Part shown: piece by piece, positions 37,967 to 47,641 of the stretch
How positions within the stretch are numbered: position 1 is the first letter of the stretch
Layout of the letters: each line of letters opens with the position of its first letter
Assembly (NCBI GenBank): GCA_026418035.1
Contig: JAOACC010000066.1
Location: 1 to 47,641, forward strand
Length of the DNA: 47,641 nt
Source of the DNA: a bacterium
Lineage (GTDB): Bacteria > DUMJ01
Direction: 5' to 3'
Program-made: the position numbers and the translations under genes
The notes under the pieces: model-generated
What the model saw: the letters and a program-made list of their open reading frames with translations, nothing else
Told to the model about the DNA's origin: nothing
Databases searched by the model: none

Positions 37967-39289
37967 TTATCCCTTAAGTATGTTCTTTATATCTTCTTTC
38001 GGTTCAGAGATAATTCTCAGATCATATTGAGACTGTAATACTTTAAGTATCTCCTCATTGACCCATGCAGGTAATATAGGTCCAACATAGATACCTTTAA
38101 TACCCAAAGCAAGTAAACTCCAAAGTATAGCTACCGCCTTCTGCTCCATCCAAGTCAAAACAAGAGTTAAAGGCAACTCATTAACCCCAACACCAAATAG
38201 ATTAGCTAAGGCTTCGGCTAATTCTATAGCCACTATAGAATCGTTACACTGTCCTAAGTCTATCAATCTAGGAACACCATCTATATCTCCAAGTTCTAAA
38301 TCATTTATTCTAAACTTTCCACAGGCAAGTGTAAAAACAATAGTTTCATTTGGAAGTCTTTCAACAAATTCTCTATAGTATTGACTCTTTCTAATTGGAA
38401 CATCACATCCACCCACTAAGAAGAAATGTTTTATTTTTCCTGAATCCACTAGAGACTTAATCTCCTCTGCTAGAGAAAGGATTACAGATTTTGAATATCC
38501 CGTAGTTAGATACTGTCCCTCAGGTTCATCTTCTAGGTCTGGTAAAGCTTTTGCCTTCTCTATTACAGGAGTAAAATCATAACCATCTATATGCCTAACT
38601 CCTGGTAGGCCAGTTGTCCCTGTTGTAAATATCCTATCTTTATAACTCTCTTGAGGAATTAAAACACAATTTGAGGTTCCAAGAATAGCTACCGGATACT
38701 TAGCAAATAATTGCCTCTGATCATGCCATGCCTTACCTAAATTACCTACTAAATGTGAATACTTCTTTAAACCTGGATATCCATGTGCTGGTAAGAGCTC
38801 AGAATGAGTATAGACATTTATTCCAGTTCCCTCTGTTTGTTTTAGAAGCTCCTCTAAAGCCTTAAGTCCGTGACCAGTAACAATTATTCCCTTCCCTTTT
38901 GTAGTCCATGTTCTTACCTTAGTAGGGATAGGTTCTCCGTATCTTTCTATATGAGCATTCTTTAAAAGTTTCATCGTCTTTATATTCATCATACCAGCCT
39001 TGAGTGCTAAAGCAACAAATTTCTCTGGGTCAAAGTTGACATTAGTAAGTGTAGAATAAAAAGCCTCAGTCAAAAAAGCGTCAATCTCCGGATCAGTATA
39101 GCCTAACTCTTTAGCATGATACAAATAAGCAGTTATTCCCTTTATAGCAAAGAGAAGATTATCCTGCAATCTATTTACTGTGGGAACTTTGCCACAGACG
39201 CCCTTGACTGTGCAACCTGCCCCATTTACCGTCCAAGAACATTGGTAACAGAACATATCTAATTTTTCTACGCTAGACACTTTTATCAA
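37967..39289 (-). CDS. hcp: Hybrid-cluster protein (hydroxylamine/NO reductase), short class-III type
   Basis: N-terminal MFCYQC...[10 protein letters not shown] Cys motif. Start is ambiguous: TTG at 39289 is only 1 nt from the SD, GTG at 39280 has 10-nt spacing from AAGGAGG, and ATG at 39256 is also possible. Confidence 0.85.
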   Translation of the reverse strand: MIKVSSVEKLDMFCYQCSWTVNGAGCTVKGVCGKVPTVNRLQDNLLFAIKGITAYLYHAKELGYTDPEIDAFLTEAFYSTLTNVNFDPEKFVALALKAGMMNIKTMKLLKNAHIERYGEPIPTKVRTWTTKGKGIIVTGHGLKALEELLKQTEGTGINVYTHSELLPAHGYPGLKKYSHLVGNLGKAWHDQRQLFAKYPVAILGTSNCVLIPQESYKDRIFTTGTTGLPGVRHIDGYDFTPVIEKAKALPDLEDEPEGQYLTTGYSKSVILSLAEEIKSLVDSGKIKHFFLVGGCDVPIRKSQYYREFVERLPNETIVFTLACGKFRINDLELGDIDGVPRLIDLGQCNDSIVAIELAEALANLFGVGVNELPLTLVLTWMEQKAVAILWSLLALGIKGIYVGPILPAWVNEEILKVLQSQYDLRIISEPKEDIKNILKG

Positions 39290-39324
39290 TCCTCCTTAAC
39301 TCTTTTACCTTTAATTTGATTATA

Positions 39325-41079
39325 TCACTTATGAAACATCTCTCTTATCTCTTGCCATGACTTACCACTTCTAGCTGCCTCTGCTATCAATGGCGCATTT
39401 ATTGCTTTTCCACCATATATGCCAAATTTAAAACTTTCGCAAAACTCTTGATTTACCGCTCCCCCACCACAAGCAAACGGGATATTTATTCCTTCTTCCT
39501 CTAGCCTCTTTGCTATTCTAGGAAAAGCAGACATAGTAGTAGTCATAAGGGCGCTTCCCGTAAGTAGACAAGGCTTATACTTCTTAACCGCCTCTACAAC
39601 TCTTTCTATAGGAACATCTACCCCAAGGTCTATAACTTCATAACCATGGGCTACCAATAATGCTTTAACTATATCTTTTCCTATTGTATGAATATCCCCT
39701 TCTGCAACATGCATAACAATCTTTCCTTTTTTCTCTATAGGTTTTCCCATATATTCTTCACACATCTTTATTCCTATCTGCATAGCATCCGCTGAAAGAA
39801 TAACCTGGGGAAGAAAATACTCTCCTTTATTCCAAAGTTCACTAACAACATTAATACCCTCTACCAATCCCTTATTTATAATCTCTATAGGATCATAAGT
39901 CTCTAAAGCCTTTTTTATTGCGTCTATGACCTTTTGAGTGTTTCCATTTATTACCGCTTCTCTCACTTCCTCTAAAACATCTTTAACAAGTCTTTCCTTA
40001 ACCTTCTCCTCTCCCTTGGATAAATCATATCTAACAAAGATCTGAAAATTACTTTTTCTTTTGTTAGGAATAGTATAAGATGGCTTGGACAAAGAAATCA
40101 TCTGTAATGCCTTAATATTTTCTATAGATGTCTCCAGAGCAAGACTACAACCTGGAGCTAAGAGATCTATACCACTTTCTAAAGCCTTATTTCCTGCCTT
40201 TACTATCTCATTGGCTGTACCTTGCAGTAATAGCCTTACCGGATCAAGATTACCAATTAGAGAGACCTTATCCTTTACTTGGGTTGCAGTAGAAAGGTCT
40301 AATTTGTGGTCTATACTTAGTGCATCCGCTCCACTGTCCGCCATATATTGAATTATAGGAGTTACGTTACCACATATATGTAAAACAGTAACAGCAGATT
40401 TTAATTCTTCGAAAAGCCTCTTATGATATGGTAGAATTAAATCTTTATATATCTTAGGGCTTATCATCTCTGTGCTTGCACTCATATCTTCTACGCATAT
40501 AATATCCGCTCCAGCATTAATTAGCGCCTTGCCATAGATTATTCCTAACTCTAGTGTTATATCAAGAAATCTCTTTAAAGATTGTGTTTCAGAAATAGAG
40601 GCAACTAAAATTTCATTTAATCCCAAAAGATATCCAGCCAAACTAAAAGGTCCTACAATGCCGGCTATAACAGGATATTCTTTCCCAATTTCTCTTGATA
40701 GCTTTTCTACTGCGGATATCACTATAGGAATTCTTCCTTTAGACAGAATATCACTTGGTAATGTAGGTAGAGAGTCTATCTTAAATGGATGGGTTTCCAC
40801 AGTGGGAAGACTATCATATGAGAATCTTATCTTACATCCAAGTGCTTCTGCTTCCACAGTCTGACAAAAGGGGACTCTTACATTATCAAAACCAAGCATT
40901 TCTATAGCAGAAAAAGCAAGTTTGGCCATTTTTTCTGGGCTGGTATGTGCATCTAAAAGACTAATATTAAGCTCTTTCAACTGTTCTTTTGTAATAGTCT
41001 GATTTACACATACTATAGGAACCCTGTCTAGTCTCTTAGAACCTAAAATTGCTGATAAAACCCTCTTCTTGGGAGTCAT
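39325..41079 (-). CDS. Fusion of an MtaA/URO-D-family methyltransferase domain and a corrinoid-binding (MtaC-like) domain, CmuA-like architecture
   Basis: 584 aa. N-terminal half has zinc motifs VLHICGN (HxC) and LAPGCSL. C-terminal half has a B12-binding cap plus a Rossmann domain with DIHTIG (DxHxxG), SALMTTT and CGGGAV. Confidence 0.8.
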   Translation of the reverse strand: MTPKKRVLSAILGSKRLDRVPIVCVNQTITKEQLKELNISLLDAHTSPEKMAKLAFSAIEMLGFDNVRVPFCQTVEAEALGCKIRFSYDSLPTVETHPFKIDSLPTLPSDILSKGRIPIVISAVEKLSREIGKEYPVIAGIVGPFSLAGYLLGLNEILVASISETQSLKRFLDITLELGIIYGKALINAGADIICVEDMSASTEMISPKIYKDLILPYHKRLFEELKSAVTVLHICGNVTPIIQYMADSGADALSIDHKLDLSTATQVKDKVSLIGNLDPVRLLLQGTANEIVKAGNKALESGIDLLAPGCSLALETSIENIKALQMISLSKPSYTIPNKRKSNFQIFVRYDLSKGEEKVKERLVKDVLEEVREAVINGNTQKVIDAIKKALETYDPIEIINKGLVEGINVVSELWNKGEYFLPQVILSADAMQIGIKMCEEYMGKPIEKKGKIVMHVAEGDIHTIGKDIVKALLVAHGYEVIDLGVDVPIERVVEAVKKYKPCLLTGSALMTTTMSAFPRIAKRLEEEGINIPFACGGGAVNQEFCESFKFGIYGGKAINAPLIAEAARSGKSWQEIREMFHK

Positions 41080-42470
41080 TATCTTCCCTCCAAACCATAA
41101 GAGTCTAGACGAAAATTAGAAATTAAGTTCTTATATTTTTTTATACAATCTATAAGAAAATTTTCTTCTGATTCAGGCAAATTGTCTATAACCTTTCCAC
41201 ATTCAGAGAAAACTTCCTTCTCCTTTTGAGATATCAACAAGATATTCTCTTTTATAGATTTTTCTAACTCCTCATAAGCCCTTCTAAGAGCAAAAAGAGC
41301 TCTCTCATAATAATTATTACCCTTTACAAGGCTTGAACCTATATTATAGGCAATCCGAGGAGAAATTACATAAGCTTGAGGGTCTCGAAGTTCATCTGAC
41401 TCAATAAATATATCTCTTAAGATTTTCTCATATCCTAGCTTTAAAGCTGAATTCATTTGCGATACATCATACCCCAAAATCTCAGTAAAAACTGCAGGGG
41501 TAGTTCCTCCAAACATTTCTCCATATTGAACAGCCTCATTACTCCATAAATCACATACAGCAGCAGAGATATTTCCCATAAGGTCTGAGTGTGCACAAGC
41601 ACAACTCTTTCCTTCCATAGAGATAGGGCATCCTGTAATTGCTTTTATAATAGGACCTTCATAGCCACAGTCTTTATCAGGACCTTTTGCTCCAACATCA
41701 AATGCCACTAAAGACCTAGCAGAACCTATTGCCCTTATTAGGGCAGAAAATATGTGAGATAATTCATTACTGGTAAACCCTCCAGCTAAAAACATGGCAG
41801 AATTCGAATGGGCGCAATCTGTATCCCCCCCAGGTATGATATTATATTCCTTAGCTATCATTACTATATCCTTCCAAAGATATTCCATATCAAGAGAACC
41901 TAAAATACCTATAGCAAATAGGCATCCAATTAAATCTTGTCTTGTTACTGCATAGTTAAAAACTTCTTTCCCCCCTGTAGATTCGATAGAGAGAATATCT
42001 GCCCCTGATTCTGCAGATAACCTAAAACTTTCTATCATCTTATCATATTCTCTTGAACCTCTGTAACCATTCTCTGGCTTTCTGATATCTGCTACAGTGA
42101 CTCGAAGAGCGCTTTTAAGACCAAATTTATCATAGTACTCTTTTAACAACCACTTAGTCATATGAGTTATCTCTTTTCCCCAAGTTGGATTATCGGTAAG
42201 CTGAAATACATGCTCAAGCTCCAATACAATCGAAGGAAGTCCTATCTGAATACATCGATCTAAAATATCCTTTGTCATCCTTTCATATTCATGATAGATC
42301 GTATCGAAACTTCTCTCTGTTCCCGGACGAGGATGATATTTAATTTCAGGATGCACCATTCCTCCCCCTATTTCTAAATCAAACCCACATTTTACTGGAT
42401 ATATAGCTTTACCAAAAGTCATCTCCTCCCAAGAGGAGTAAGCCATACTTTTATACATTTTCTTATCCAC
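41079..42470 (-). CDS. mtaB: Methanol:corrinoid methyltransferase MtaB homologue
   Basis: 463 aa, collinear by eye with Methanosarcina MtaB (SMAY...EMTFG, YPVK.G.DLEIG). Contexts of the zinc ligands are conserved: SIESTGGKEVF, DTDCAHSN, GPDKDCGYEG. GTG start. Confidence 0.8.
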   Translation of the reverse strand: MDKKMYKSMAYSSWEEMTFGKAIYPVKCGFDLEIGGGMVHPEIKYHPRPGTERSFDTIYHEYERMTKDILDRCIQIGLPSIVLELEHVFQLTDNPTWGKEITHMTKWLLKEYYDKFGLKSALRVTVADIRKPENGYRGSREYDKMIESFRLSAESGADILSIESTGGKEVFNYAVTRQDLIGCLFAIGILGSLDMEYLWKDIVMIAKEYNIIPGGDTDCAHSNSAMFLAGGFTSNELSHIFSALIRAIGSARSLVAFDVGAKGPDKDCGYEGPIIKAITGCPISMEGKSCACAHSDLMGNISAAVCDLWSNEAVQYGEMFGGTTPAVFTEILGYDVSQMNSALKLGYEKILRDIFIESDELRDPQAYVISPRIAYNIGSSLVKGNNYYERALFALRRAYEELEKSIKENILLISQKEKEVFSECGKVIDNLPESEENFLIDCIKKYKNLISNFRLDSYGLEGR

Positions 42471-42924
42471 CTGCCCTCTTAGATATTTTATTTATCCCTT
42501 CTAATAAAACCTCCCAAGCAAGTAATACACATTTAATCCGAACAGGAAGTCTTCTTATACCTTCAAAAGCTAAAAGGTCACCCAAATCTTCGGTAAAATC
42601 TTCCTTTCCTTCCATTATTCTTTTAAATCTAATAATTAAACTCCTTATATCCTCAATAGATTTACCCTTAACTAACTCTGTCATAATTGATGCAGAGGCT
42701 TGGCTTATAGCACAACCTACCCCGGTAAATTTTATGTCTTCAAGCTTATCATCCTCTACCAGAAACTGGATGTAAATAGCATCACCACAGATAGGATTTT
42801 CACCATCAACTTTACATAAAGGATTTATTCCCTCAGAAGAATGAGCGTAAGGAATCTCTCCATAATTTCTTGGATTTTGATAGTGTTCCAAAATAACTTC
42901 TTTATATATTTCCTCAAGTTCCAT
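42463..42924 (-). CDS. sufU: SUF-type Fe-S scaffold/sulfur acceptor SufU (NifU N-terminal-like)
   Basis: 153 aa with conserved Cys contexts NPICGD, GVGCAIS and IKCVLL. Confidence 0.85.
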   Translation of the reverse strand: MELEEIYKEVILEHYQNPRNYGEIPYAHSSEGINPLCKVDGENPICGDAIYIQFLVEDDKLEDIKFTGVGCAISQASASIMTELVKGKSIEDIRSLIIRFKRIMEGKEDFTEDLGDLLAFEGIRRLPVRIKCVLLAWEVLLEGINKISKRAGG

Positions 42925-44146
42925 AACTAAAAATCTTCTCCACTTTTTCTAAACTTTTTATTAGACAATCTATCTCCTCTTTAGTGTTATAAACATATAG
43001 AGAAACTCTACAAGAAGCTGAGATTCCTAGTGCATCATGTAAAGGTTGAGCACAATGGTGCCCTGCTCTTATAGCTATACCATTTTGATCTAGAATAGTT
43101 GCTACATCATGAGGATGAACTTTTTTGTAATTAAATGAGATGATGCTACTTCTTAAATTTATATCCTTAGGACCATATATTGTAATTCCATCTAAACTAG
43201 ATAGCATTTCCAAAGCATATGCAGTTAATATCTTTTCATGTTTAAATACTTCATCCATCCCTAAATTATTTAAATAATCTATAGCCTCACCAAAACCTAT
43301 AACCCCAGCTATGTTAGGAGTTCCTCCTTCAAATCTATATGGGATATCTGCCCATATGGAATCAAATATCGAAACTCTTTTTATCATCTCTCCTCCACCT
43401 AATAGAGGCTCCATTTCTTCTAATATTTCCCTCTTACTATATAAAATCCCTATACCGGTAGGCCCAAGCATCTTATGTGCAGAAAAAGCTAAAAAATCTA
43501 CATCCAAGTTCTTCACATTAGTTGGGATGGAAGGAATCCCTTGTGCTCCATCAATTAAAACCTTAGCTCTAATATTATGGGCTATTTTTACTATTTCACC
43601 TATAGGGTTTATAGTACCAAGAACATTACTTACATAGGTTATACTGATAAGTTTTGTATCTTCTGAGATAGAAGAATAAAAAGAATCCATGTCTAATGTG
43701 CCATCATCCCTTAAGGGAATAAATTTCAACTTAATTCCTCTTTCTCTTGCCAATATCTGCCAAGGGACTATATTACTGTGATGTTCCATAATCGTAAGTA
43801 TTACTTCATCACCATCTCTAAGAAATTTTCTTCCCCATCCATATGCTACTAAATTTATAGCCTCAGTAGTTCCTTTGGTAAATACTATACAGGAAGACTC
43901 TTCTGCTCCAATAAAATCAGCCACTTTTTTTCTTATTCTTTCATACTCTTGTGTGGCTATAGCCCCTAATGTATAAACTCCTCTATGCACATTAGCATTG
44001 TAATGTTTATAGTAATCAGATGTAGCATTTATAACAGAGAGAGGTTTCTGAGTAGTCGCTGCATTATCAAGATATACTAGTTTTTTCCCATTTATTTTCT
44101 CTTTAAGTATTGGGAAATCATTTCTAATTTTATATACATCATACAT
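42914..44146 (-). CDS. sufS: Cysteine desulfurase SufS
   Basis: 410 aa, class-V aminotransferase. PLP-Lys context FSAHKMLGPTG and catalytic Cys RAGHHCAQP. Confidence 0.9.
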   Translation of the reverse strand: MYDVYKIRNDFPILKEKINGKKLVYLDNAATTQKPLSVINATSDYYKHYNANVHRGVYTLGAIATQEYERIRKKVADFIGAEESSCIVFTKGTTEAINLVAYGWGRKFLRDGDEVILTIMEHHSNIVPWQILARERGIKLKFIPLRDDGTLDMDSFYSSISEDTKLISITYVSNVLGTINPIGEIVKIAHNIRAKVLIDGAQGIPSIPTNVKNLDVDFLAFSAHKMLGPTGIGILYSKREILEEMEPLLGGGEMIKRVSIFDSIWADIPYRFEGGTPNIAGVIGFGEAIDYLNNLGMDEVFKHEKILTAYALEMLSSLDGITIYGPKDINLRSSIISFNYKKVHPHDVATILDQNGIAIRAGHHCAQPLHDALGISASCRVSLYVYNTKEEIDCLIKSLEKVEKIFSYGT

Positions 44147-44152
44147 ATTTAA

Positions 44153-44935
44153 TTACTCTCCCTGAAAAATATTCATTAACTTCTCTGTAATGAAATCCCT
44201 TAAAAAAGGAGCTTCAATAAGGGATTCATCTAACAAATCTTGTAAAAAGGCTACTGATAATATTTTAATAGCTGTCCTTTCTTCTATTCCTCTACTCTCA
44301 ATATAGAAAAGATCTTCATCATTAATTCCTCTTACTACTGAACCATGTGAACATTTCTCTATATTATCATTTTCTATCTCGAGGATAGGAACACTTTCCA
44401 CAGTTGGACCATCCCCTATAACAAGGGTTCTATTTACTTGGGAGGCAGATACTTTTTCTGCTATTTTCCCAATGTTTATAGCTCCTTTAAAAGATAGTTT
44501 AGCTTCGTTTTTCAATATCCCTTTAACAACTAGATTACTTTTACTAAAAGGGGCCAGATGTCTTAGAAATACATTTAAGTTAAAATTCTCCTCCCCTAGT
44601 AGTACATATACAGTCTTAATATCAACATCAGTCTTTTTTTCAAGGAGCTCAACCTTTATATTCACTGAAAAGCTTTGTCCTAAGTTTAAAAGAAAGACTT
44701 TACAGAAGCTATTCTCTCCCAGATAAATAGAAACATCAAAATCTCCTTCAATTTCTGAATCTATTATCCAAATTAATTTTAAAGAAGCATTTTTATCTAC
44801 GTATATGTCTAAGGGCATAAATCTTTTCTCTAGATTTGATTCATAAAAATATGTTACCTCATGACCTTCATCTATAACTAAAATATGACTATTAGTGTTA
44901 AATCTAAGAAAAACCTCATTCCTTGGTAAAATCAT
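44153..44935 (-). CDS. sufD: SufD (short form)
   Basis: 260 aa. C-terminal UPF0051 motif [23 protein letters not shown]. Confidence 0.75.
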   Translation of the reverse strand: MILPRNEVFLRFNTNSHILVIDEGHEVTYFYESNLEKRFMPLDIYVDKNASLKLIWIIDSEIEGDFDVSIYLGENSFCKVFLLNLGQSFSVNIKVELLEKKTDVDIKTVYVLLGEENFNLNVFLRHLAPFSKSNLVVKGILKNEAKLSFKGAINIGKIAEKVSASQVNRTLVIGDGPTVESVPILEIENDNIEKCSHGSVVRGINDEDLFYIESRGIEERTAIKILSVAFLQDLLDESLIEAPFLRDFITEKLMNIFQGE

Positions 44936-46308
44936 CCTATATCTCCCCTTAACTGCAATCTTATAAGTCTGTTAAGCTCTACTGCATATTCAAAAGGTAA
45001 TTCCTTAGAGATTGGTTCTATAAAGCCTCTAACAATAAGAGCACTTGCCTCATCTTTGGGTAGTCCCCTACTTTCCAAATAAAACAGTTGTTCATCGTCT
45101 ATCTTACTTACAGAAGCCTCATGAGATAAAGAGGTATTACTATTTTCTATTTTTATTATTGGATAGGTGTCTGATCTAGATTGATTATCGAGTAAAAGAG
45201 TATCACATCTCAAACTAACATTAGATTTAGTAGCGCAGGGGTCTACATATACTAATCCCCTGTAACTATTTCTTCCTCCATCCTTGCTTATAGATTTACT
45301 AGTGATTCGGCTAAAGGTATATGGAGCTAAATGTAAAACCTTTGCCCCAACATCTTGAAACTGCCCTTTGCCTGCATATGCTATACTAAGTAATTCTGCC
45401 TTAGAACCTTTACCACGCATATAAACAGAGGGATACTTCATAGTAACTTTACTTCCTAGATTACCATCTATCCATTCAACGATAGCTTCATCATAAGCAA
45501 CTGCTCTTTTGGTAACAAGATTATAGACATTATAGGACCAATTTTGAATAGTTGTATACCTTACCCTAGCTCCTTTCTTTACAACAACCTCTACGACAGC
45601 GCTATGAAGAGAATATGTAGAATATATGGGAGCAGTACAACCCTCTATATAATGTACATAGCTTCCAGGTTCTGCTATAATAAGAGTCCTCTCAAACTGT
45701 CCCATGTTCTGCGAATTTATCCTAAAATATGCCTGGAGAGGAATCTCTACAGAAACACCTTCTGGTATATAAATAAAGCTTCCTCCGCTCCAAACTGCGC
45801 TGTTGAGAGCAGAAAACTTATTATCAGAAGGAGAAACTACAGTGCCGATATATTCTCTAACAAGTTCCGGATACTCTTTCACAGCGGTATCTGTATCTAC
45901 AAATATTACTCCCTTCTTTTTCCAACTTTCCTTCAGCTTATGATAAACCATCTCTGATTCATACTGAGCAGATAAACCCGCTAACAATCTTCTTTCAGCT
46001 TCCGGGATGCCTAATCTTTCAAAAGTATTCCTTATATACTCTGGGACATCCTCCCAAGAAGAACTCTTTCTATCTGACGGTTTTACATAATAAACTATAT
46101 CATCAAAGTTTAGATCAGATAGGTCTGGTCCCCAGCTAGGAAGATTCTTTTTAAGAAAAATTTCATACGCATTTAGACGAAATTTACGCATCCATTCTGG
46201 TTCCATTTTTAACCAGGATATCTCCTCAACTATTTCTTTAGAGAGTCCCTTAGTTAATCTAAACACATAATTTTCTGGATCTTTGAATCCATACTTATAT
46301 CTCGTCAT
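44932..46308 (-). CDS. sufB: SufB
   Basis: 458 aa with canonical SufB sequence ([34 protein letters not shown]). Confidence 0.93.
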   Translation of the reverse strand: MTRYKYGFKDPENYVFRLTKGLSKEIVEEISWLKMEPEWMRKFRLNAYEIFLKKNLPSWGPDLSDLNFDDIVYYVKPSDRKSSSWEDVPEYIRNTFERLGIPEAERRLLAGLSAQYESEMVYHKLKESWKKKGVIFVDTDTAVKEYPELVREYIGTVVSPSDNKFSALNSAVWSGGSFIYIPEGVSVEIPLQAYFRINSQNMGQFERTLIIAEPGSYVHYIEGCTAPIYSTYSLHSAVVEVVVKKGARVRYTTIQNWSYNVYNLVTKRAVAYDEAIVEWIDGNLGSKVTMKYPSVYMRGKGSKAELLSIAYAGKGQFQDVGAKVLHLAPYTFSRITSKSISKDGGRNSYRGLVYVDPCATKSNVSLRCDTLLLDNQSRSDTYPIIKIENSNTSLSHEASVSKIDDEQLFYLESRGLPKDEASALIVRGFIEPISKELPFEYAVELNRLIRLQLRGDIG

Positions 46309-47059
46309 GCTCTCTCCTCTTCTCTAATGTCTCATATCCTTCTCTTTCTATTAAATCTATGAGCTCATATCCACCAGAGGCAAGTATCTTACCATCAAAC
46401 ATTACAAATATATTGTCAGGTTTTACGTAGTCTAAAAATCTTTGATAGTGGGTGATTATAAGAATGGTCTTATCTTCGTTAAAAAAGTTATTAATTGTAT
46501 TAGAAACTATCTTCATAGCATCTATATCTAATCCTGAATCTATCTCATCTAGTATTACTAACTCAGGATTAACAATTACCATTTGTAAGACTTCACTTTT
46601 TTTCTTTTCACCACCGCTAAGACCTTCATTCAAATAACGGCTAATAAATTTTTCGTTAAGATCAAGGACTTCTAATTTAGATTTAAGGAATTTACTAAAT
46701 TCCATAGGAGATTTCCTATCATCAACTCTTGTATTAAAAATTAATCTCAAAAAGTTAAAAAGAGTAATTCCAGAAATCTCTATTGGATATTGAAAAGCCA
46801 AAAATATCCCTCTTTGCGCTCTTTCTGAAGGTGTAAGATTAGTTATATTCTCCCCATTAAAGATTATTTCTCCCCTAGAGACTTTAAACCTTGGATGTCC
46901 CATAATAGTATATGCTAAGGAACTCTTTCCTGCACCATTGGGTCCCATAAGTGCATAAATCCTTCCTCTCTTCAATTGAAGATTTACCCCTTTCAAAATT
47001 TCTTTTTGCTCTACCTCTGTATGTAAATTCTTTAACTCAAGAATTACTCCTCTACCCAT
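46295..47059 (-). CDS. sufC: SufC ATPase
   Basis: 254 aa. Walker [10 protein letters not shown], signature LSGGEKKK, Walker [11 protein letters not shown]. Confidence 0.93.
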   Translation of the reverse strand: MGRGVILELKNLHTEVEQKEILKGVNLQLKRGRIYALMGPNGAGKSSLAYTIMGHPRFKVSRGEIIFNGENITNLTPSERAQRGIFLAFQYPIEISGITLFNFLRLIFNTRVDDRKSPMEFSKFLKSKLEVLDLNEKFISRYLNEGLSGGEKKKSEVLQMVIVNPELVILDEIDSGLDIDAMKIVSNTINNFFNEDKTILIITHYQRFLDYVKPDNIFVMFDGKILASGGYELIDLIEREGYETLEKRREHDEI

Positions 47060-47102
47060 TTATAACCTCTGTATTTCGATATAATTAATTAATTTACTAA
47101 AG

Positions 47103-47131
47103 ATTATATACCATGTTAAAATTAAAAGCAA
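47103..47131 (-). promoter_or_regulatory. Candidate promoter of the suf-mta-hcp unit
   Basis: Minus strand reads TTGCTT (47131-47126), 17-nt spacer, TATAAT (47108-47103). The leader contains the palindrome AATTAATTAATT. Confidence 0.45.
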
Positions 47132-47248
47132 GAGGAAATCAAACTTGAAAATAAGGGAATTACTTACAGAGGGTCAGGATAAAGAAATAGTTTATATGAT
47201 AAAATAGAGTATATAAAAAATAATTGAAGGGATGGAGATTTAAAAAAT

Positions 47249-47641
47249 ATGTTAGAAAACTGGAAAAGAATACTGGTTTTTTCTGCCCATCCTGATGATG
47301 AGATACTTGGTGCTGGGGGGACCATAGCAAAGCTTTCTAAACTTGGGAAAGATGTGTTTGTGGTCACTTTTGCGATAGGGGAAACAAGCTACAGTTCTAT
47401 TGAGATGAAGGAAAAGATGAGGGAGTTAAGGTTAAAGGAAGCTGAAGAATGTAATAAGGTTTTAGGAATAAAAGAGAGAATAATATTATATAAACCCAAT
47501 CAAGGTATAACAAACGATAGAGAAACATACCAAGAATGCGTAAAGATTATAAGGAAATATAAGCCCGACGTCATTTTTACTCATTATAAGGAGGACAAGC
47601 ATAGCGACCATAGGATGGTTTGGGAGATTACAGATGAAGCC
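47249..47641 (+). CDS. PIG-L/LmbE-family N-acetylglucosaminyl deacetylase, truncated by the window end
   Basis: MLENWKRILVFSAHPDDEILGAGG... carries the AHPDDE motif and a later HSDH motif. GGAG lies 11 nt upstream. The frame is open to the last base. Absent from the ORF track because it has no stop. Confidence 0.8.
   Translation, partial: MLENWKRILVFSAHPDDEILGAGGTIAKLSKLGKDVFVVTFAIGETSYSSIEMKEKMRELRLKEAEECNKVLGIKERIILYKPNQGITNDRETYQECVKIIRKYKPDVIFTHYKEDKHSDHRMVWEITDEA

Noticed and set aside
45544-45957. 137-aa plus-strand ORF inside sufB, and similar antisense ORFs at 43311-43637, 44472-44726 and 46452-46637
   Set aside because: They are antisense to strongly conserved suf genes, have skewed low-complexity composition and have no RBS.
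47060-47102. AATTAATTAATT palindrome in the suf leader as a regulator operator
   Set aside because: AT-only palindromes are frequent in a genome this AT-rich, and it does not match any operator I can name.
47164-47367. 67-aa minus-strand ORF from the track
   Set aside because: It is antisense to the start of a plus-strand PIG-L deacetylase gene that has the AHPDDE motif and an SD. The minus-strand ORF has neither.

Overview
AT-rich (about one-third GC by eye), very gene-dense bacterial chromosomal window. I count about 50 credible CDS and 3 tRNAs, with no rRNA, CRISPR array, transposase, integrase or phage genes. Most genes are on the minus strand, in long units where stop and start codons overlap. 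Proteins are rich in K/E/I, and the gene content (Hyp maturation, hybrid-cluster protein, rubrerythrin-like protein, radical SAM, ThyX) suggests an anaerobe, possibly a thermophile. The taxon cannot be determined from the sequence alone.

Gene content in order:
- csp, then a NuoE/NuoF-like flavoprotein pair.
- Minus strand: tRNA-Cys, tRNA-Val, thyX, DUF3006, ComEC-like MBL, gcvT, dnaG, rpoD, mtlD-like, hypD, hypE.
- GyrI-like protein, sorbitol-DH-like protein, DUF5060/DUF4038 glycosidase-like protein, NYN protein.
- eno, pyk, ftsB-like, S1-domain protein.
- Site-2 protease, sugar isomerase and heparinase II/III-like protein, tRNA-Leu.
- An eight-gene unit headed by a SCIFF peptide.
- An 850-aa aminotransferase-reductase fusion, a GT2 glycosyltransferase and a rubrerythrin-like protein.
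- tal, livF, pmbA, tldD and an alpha/beta hydrolase.
- sufCBDSU running directly into mtaB, a CmuA-like methyltransferase-corrinoid fusion and hcp.
- A truncated PIG-L deacetylase.

Most noteworthy observations:
1. A 55-aa SCIFF-type ranthipeptide precursor, absent from the ORF track, whose stop overlaps the start of its radical SAM/SPASM maturase. It heads an eight-gene translationally coupled unit.
2. A class-III aminotransferase fused to a cyanobacterial acyl-ACP-reductase-like domain, which predicts thioester to aldehyde to amine chemistry.
3. A suf Fe-S assembly operon fused without gaps to a methanol-type corrinoid methyltransferase module and hcp.
4. An orphan perfect-consensus promoter followed by four AATGG repeats at exactly 11-nt phasing and a strong hairpin.

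Every functional call rests on motif and family recognition by eye. No database search was run.
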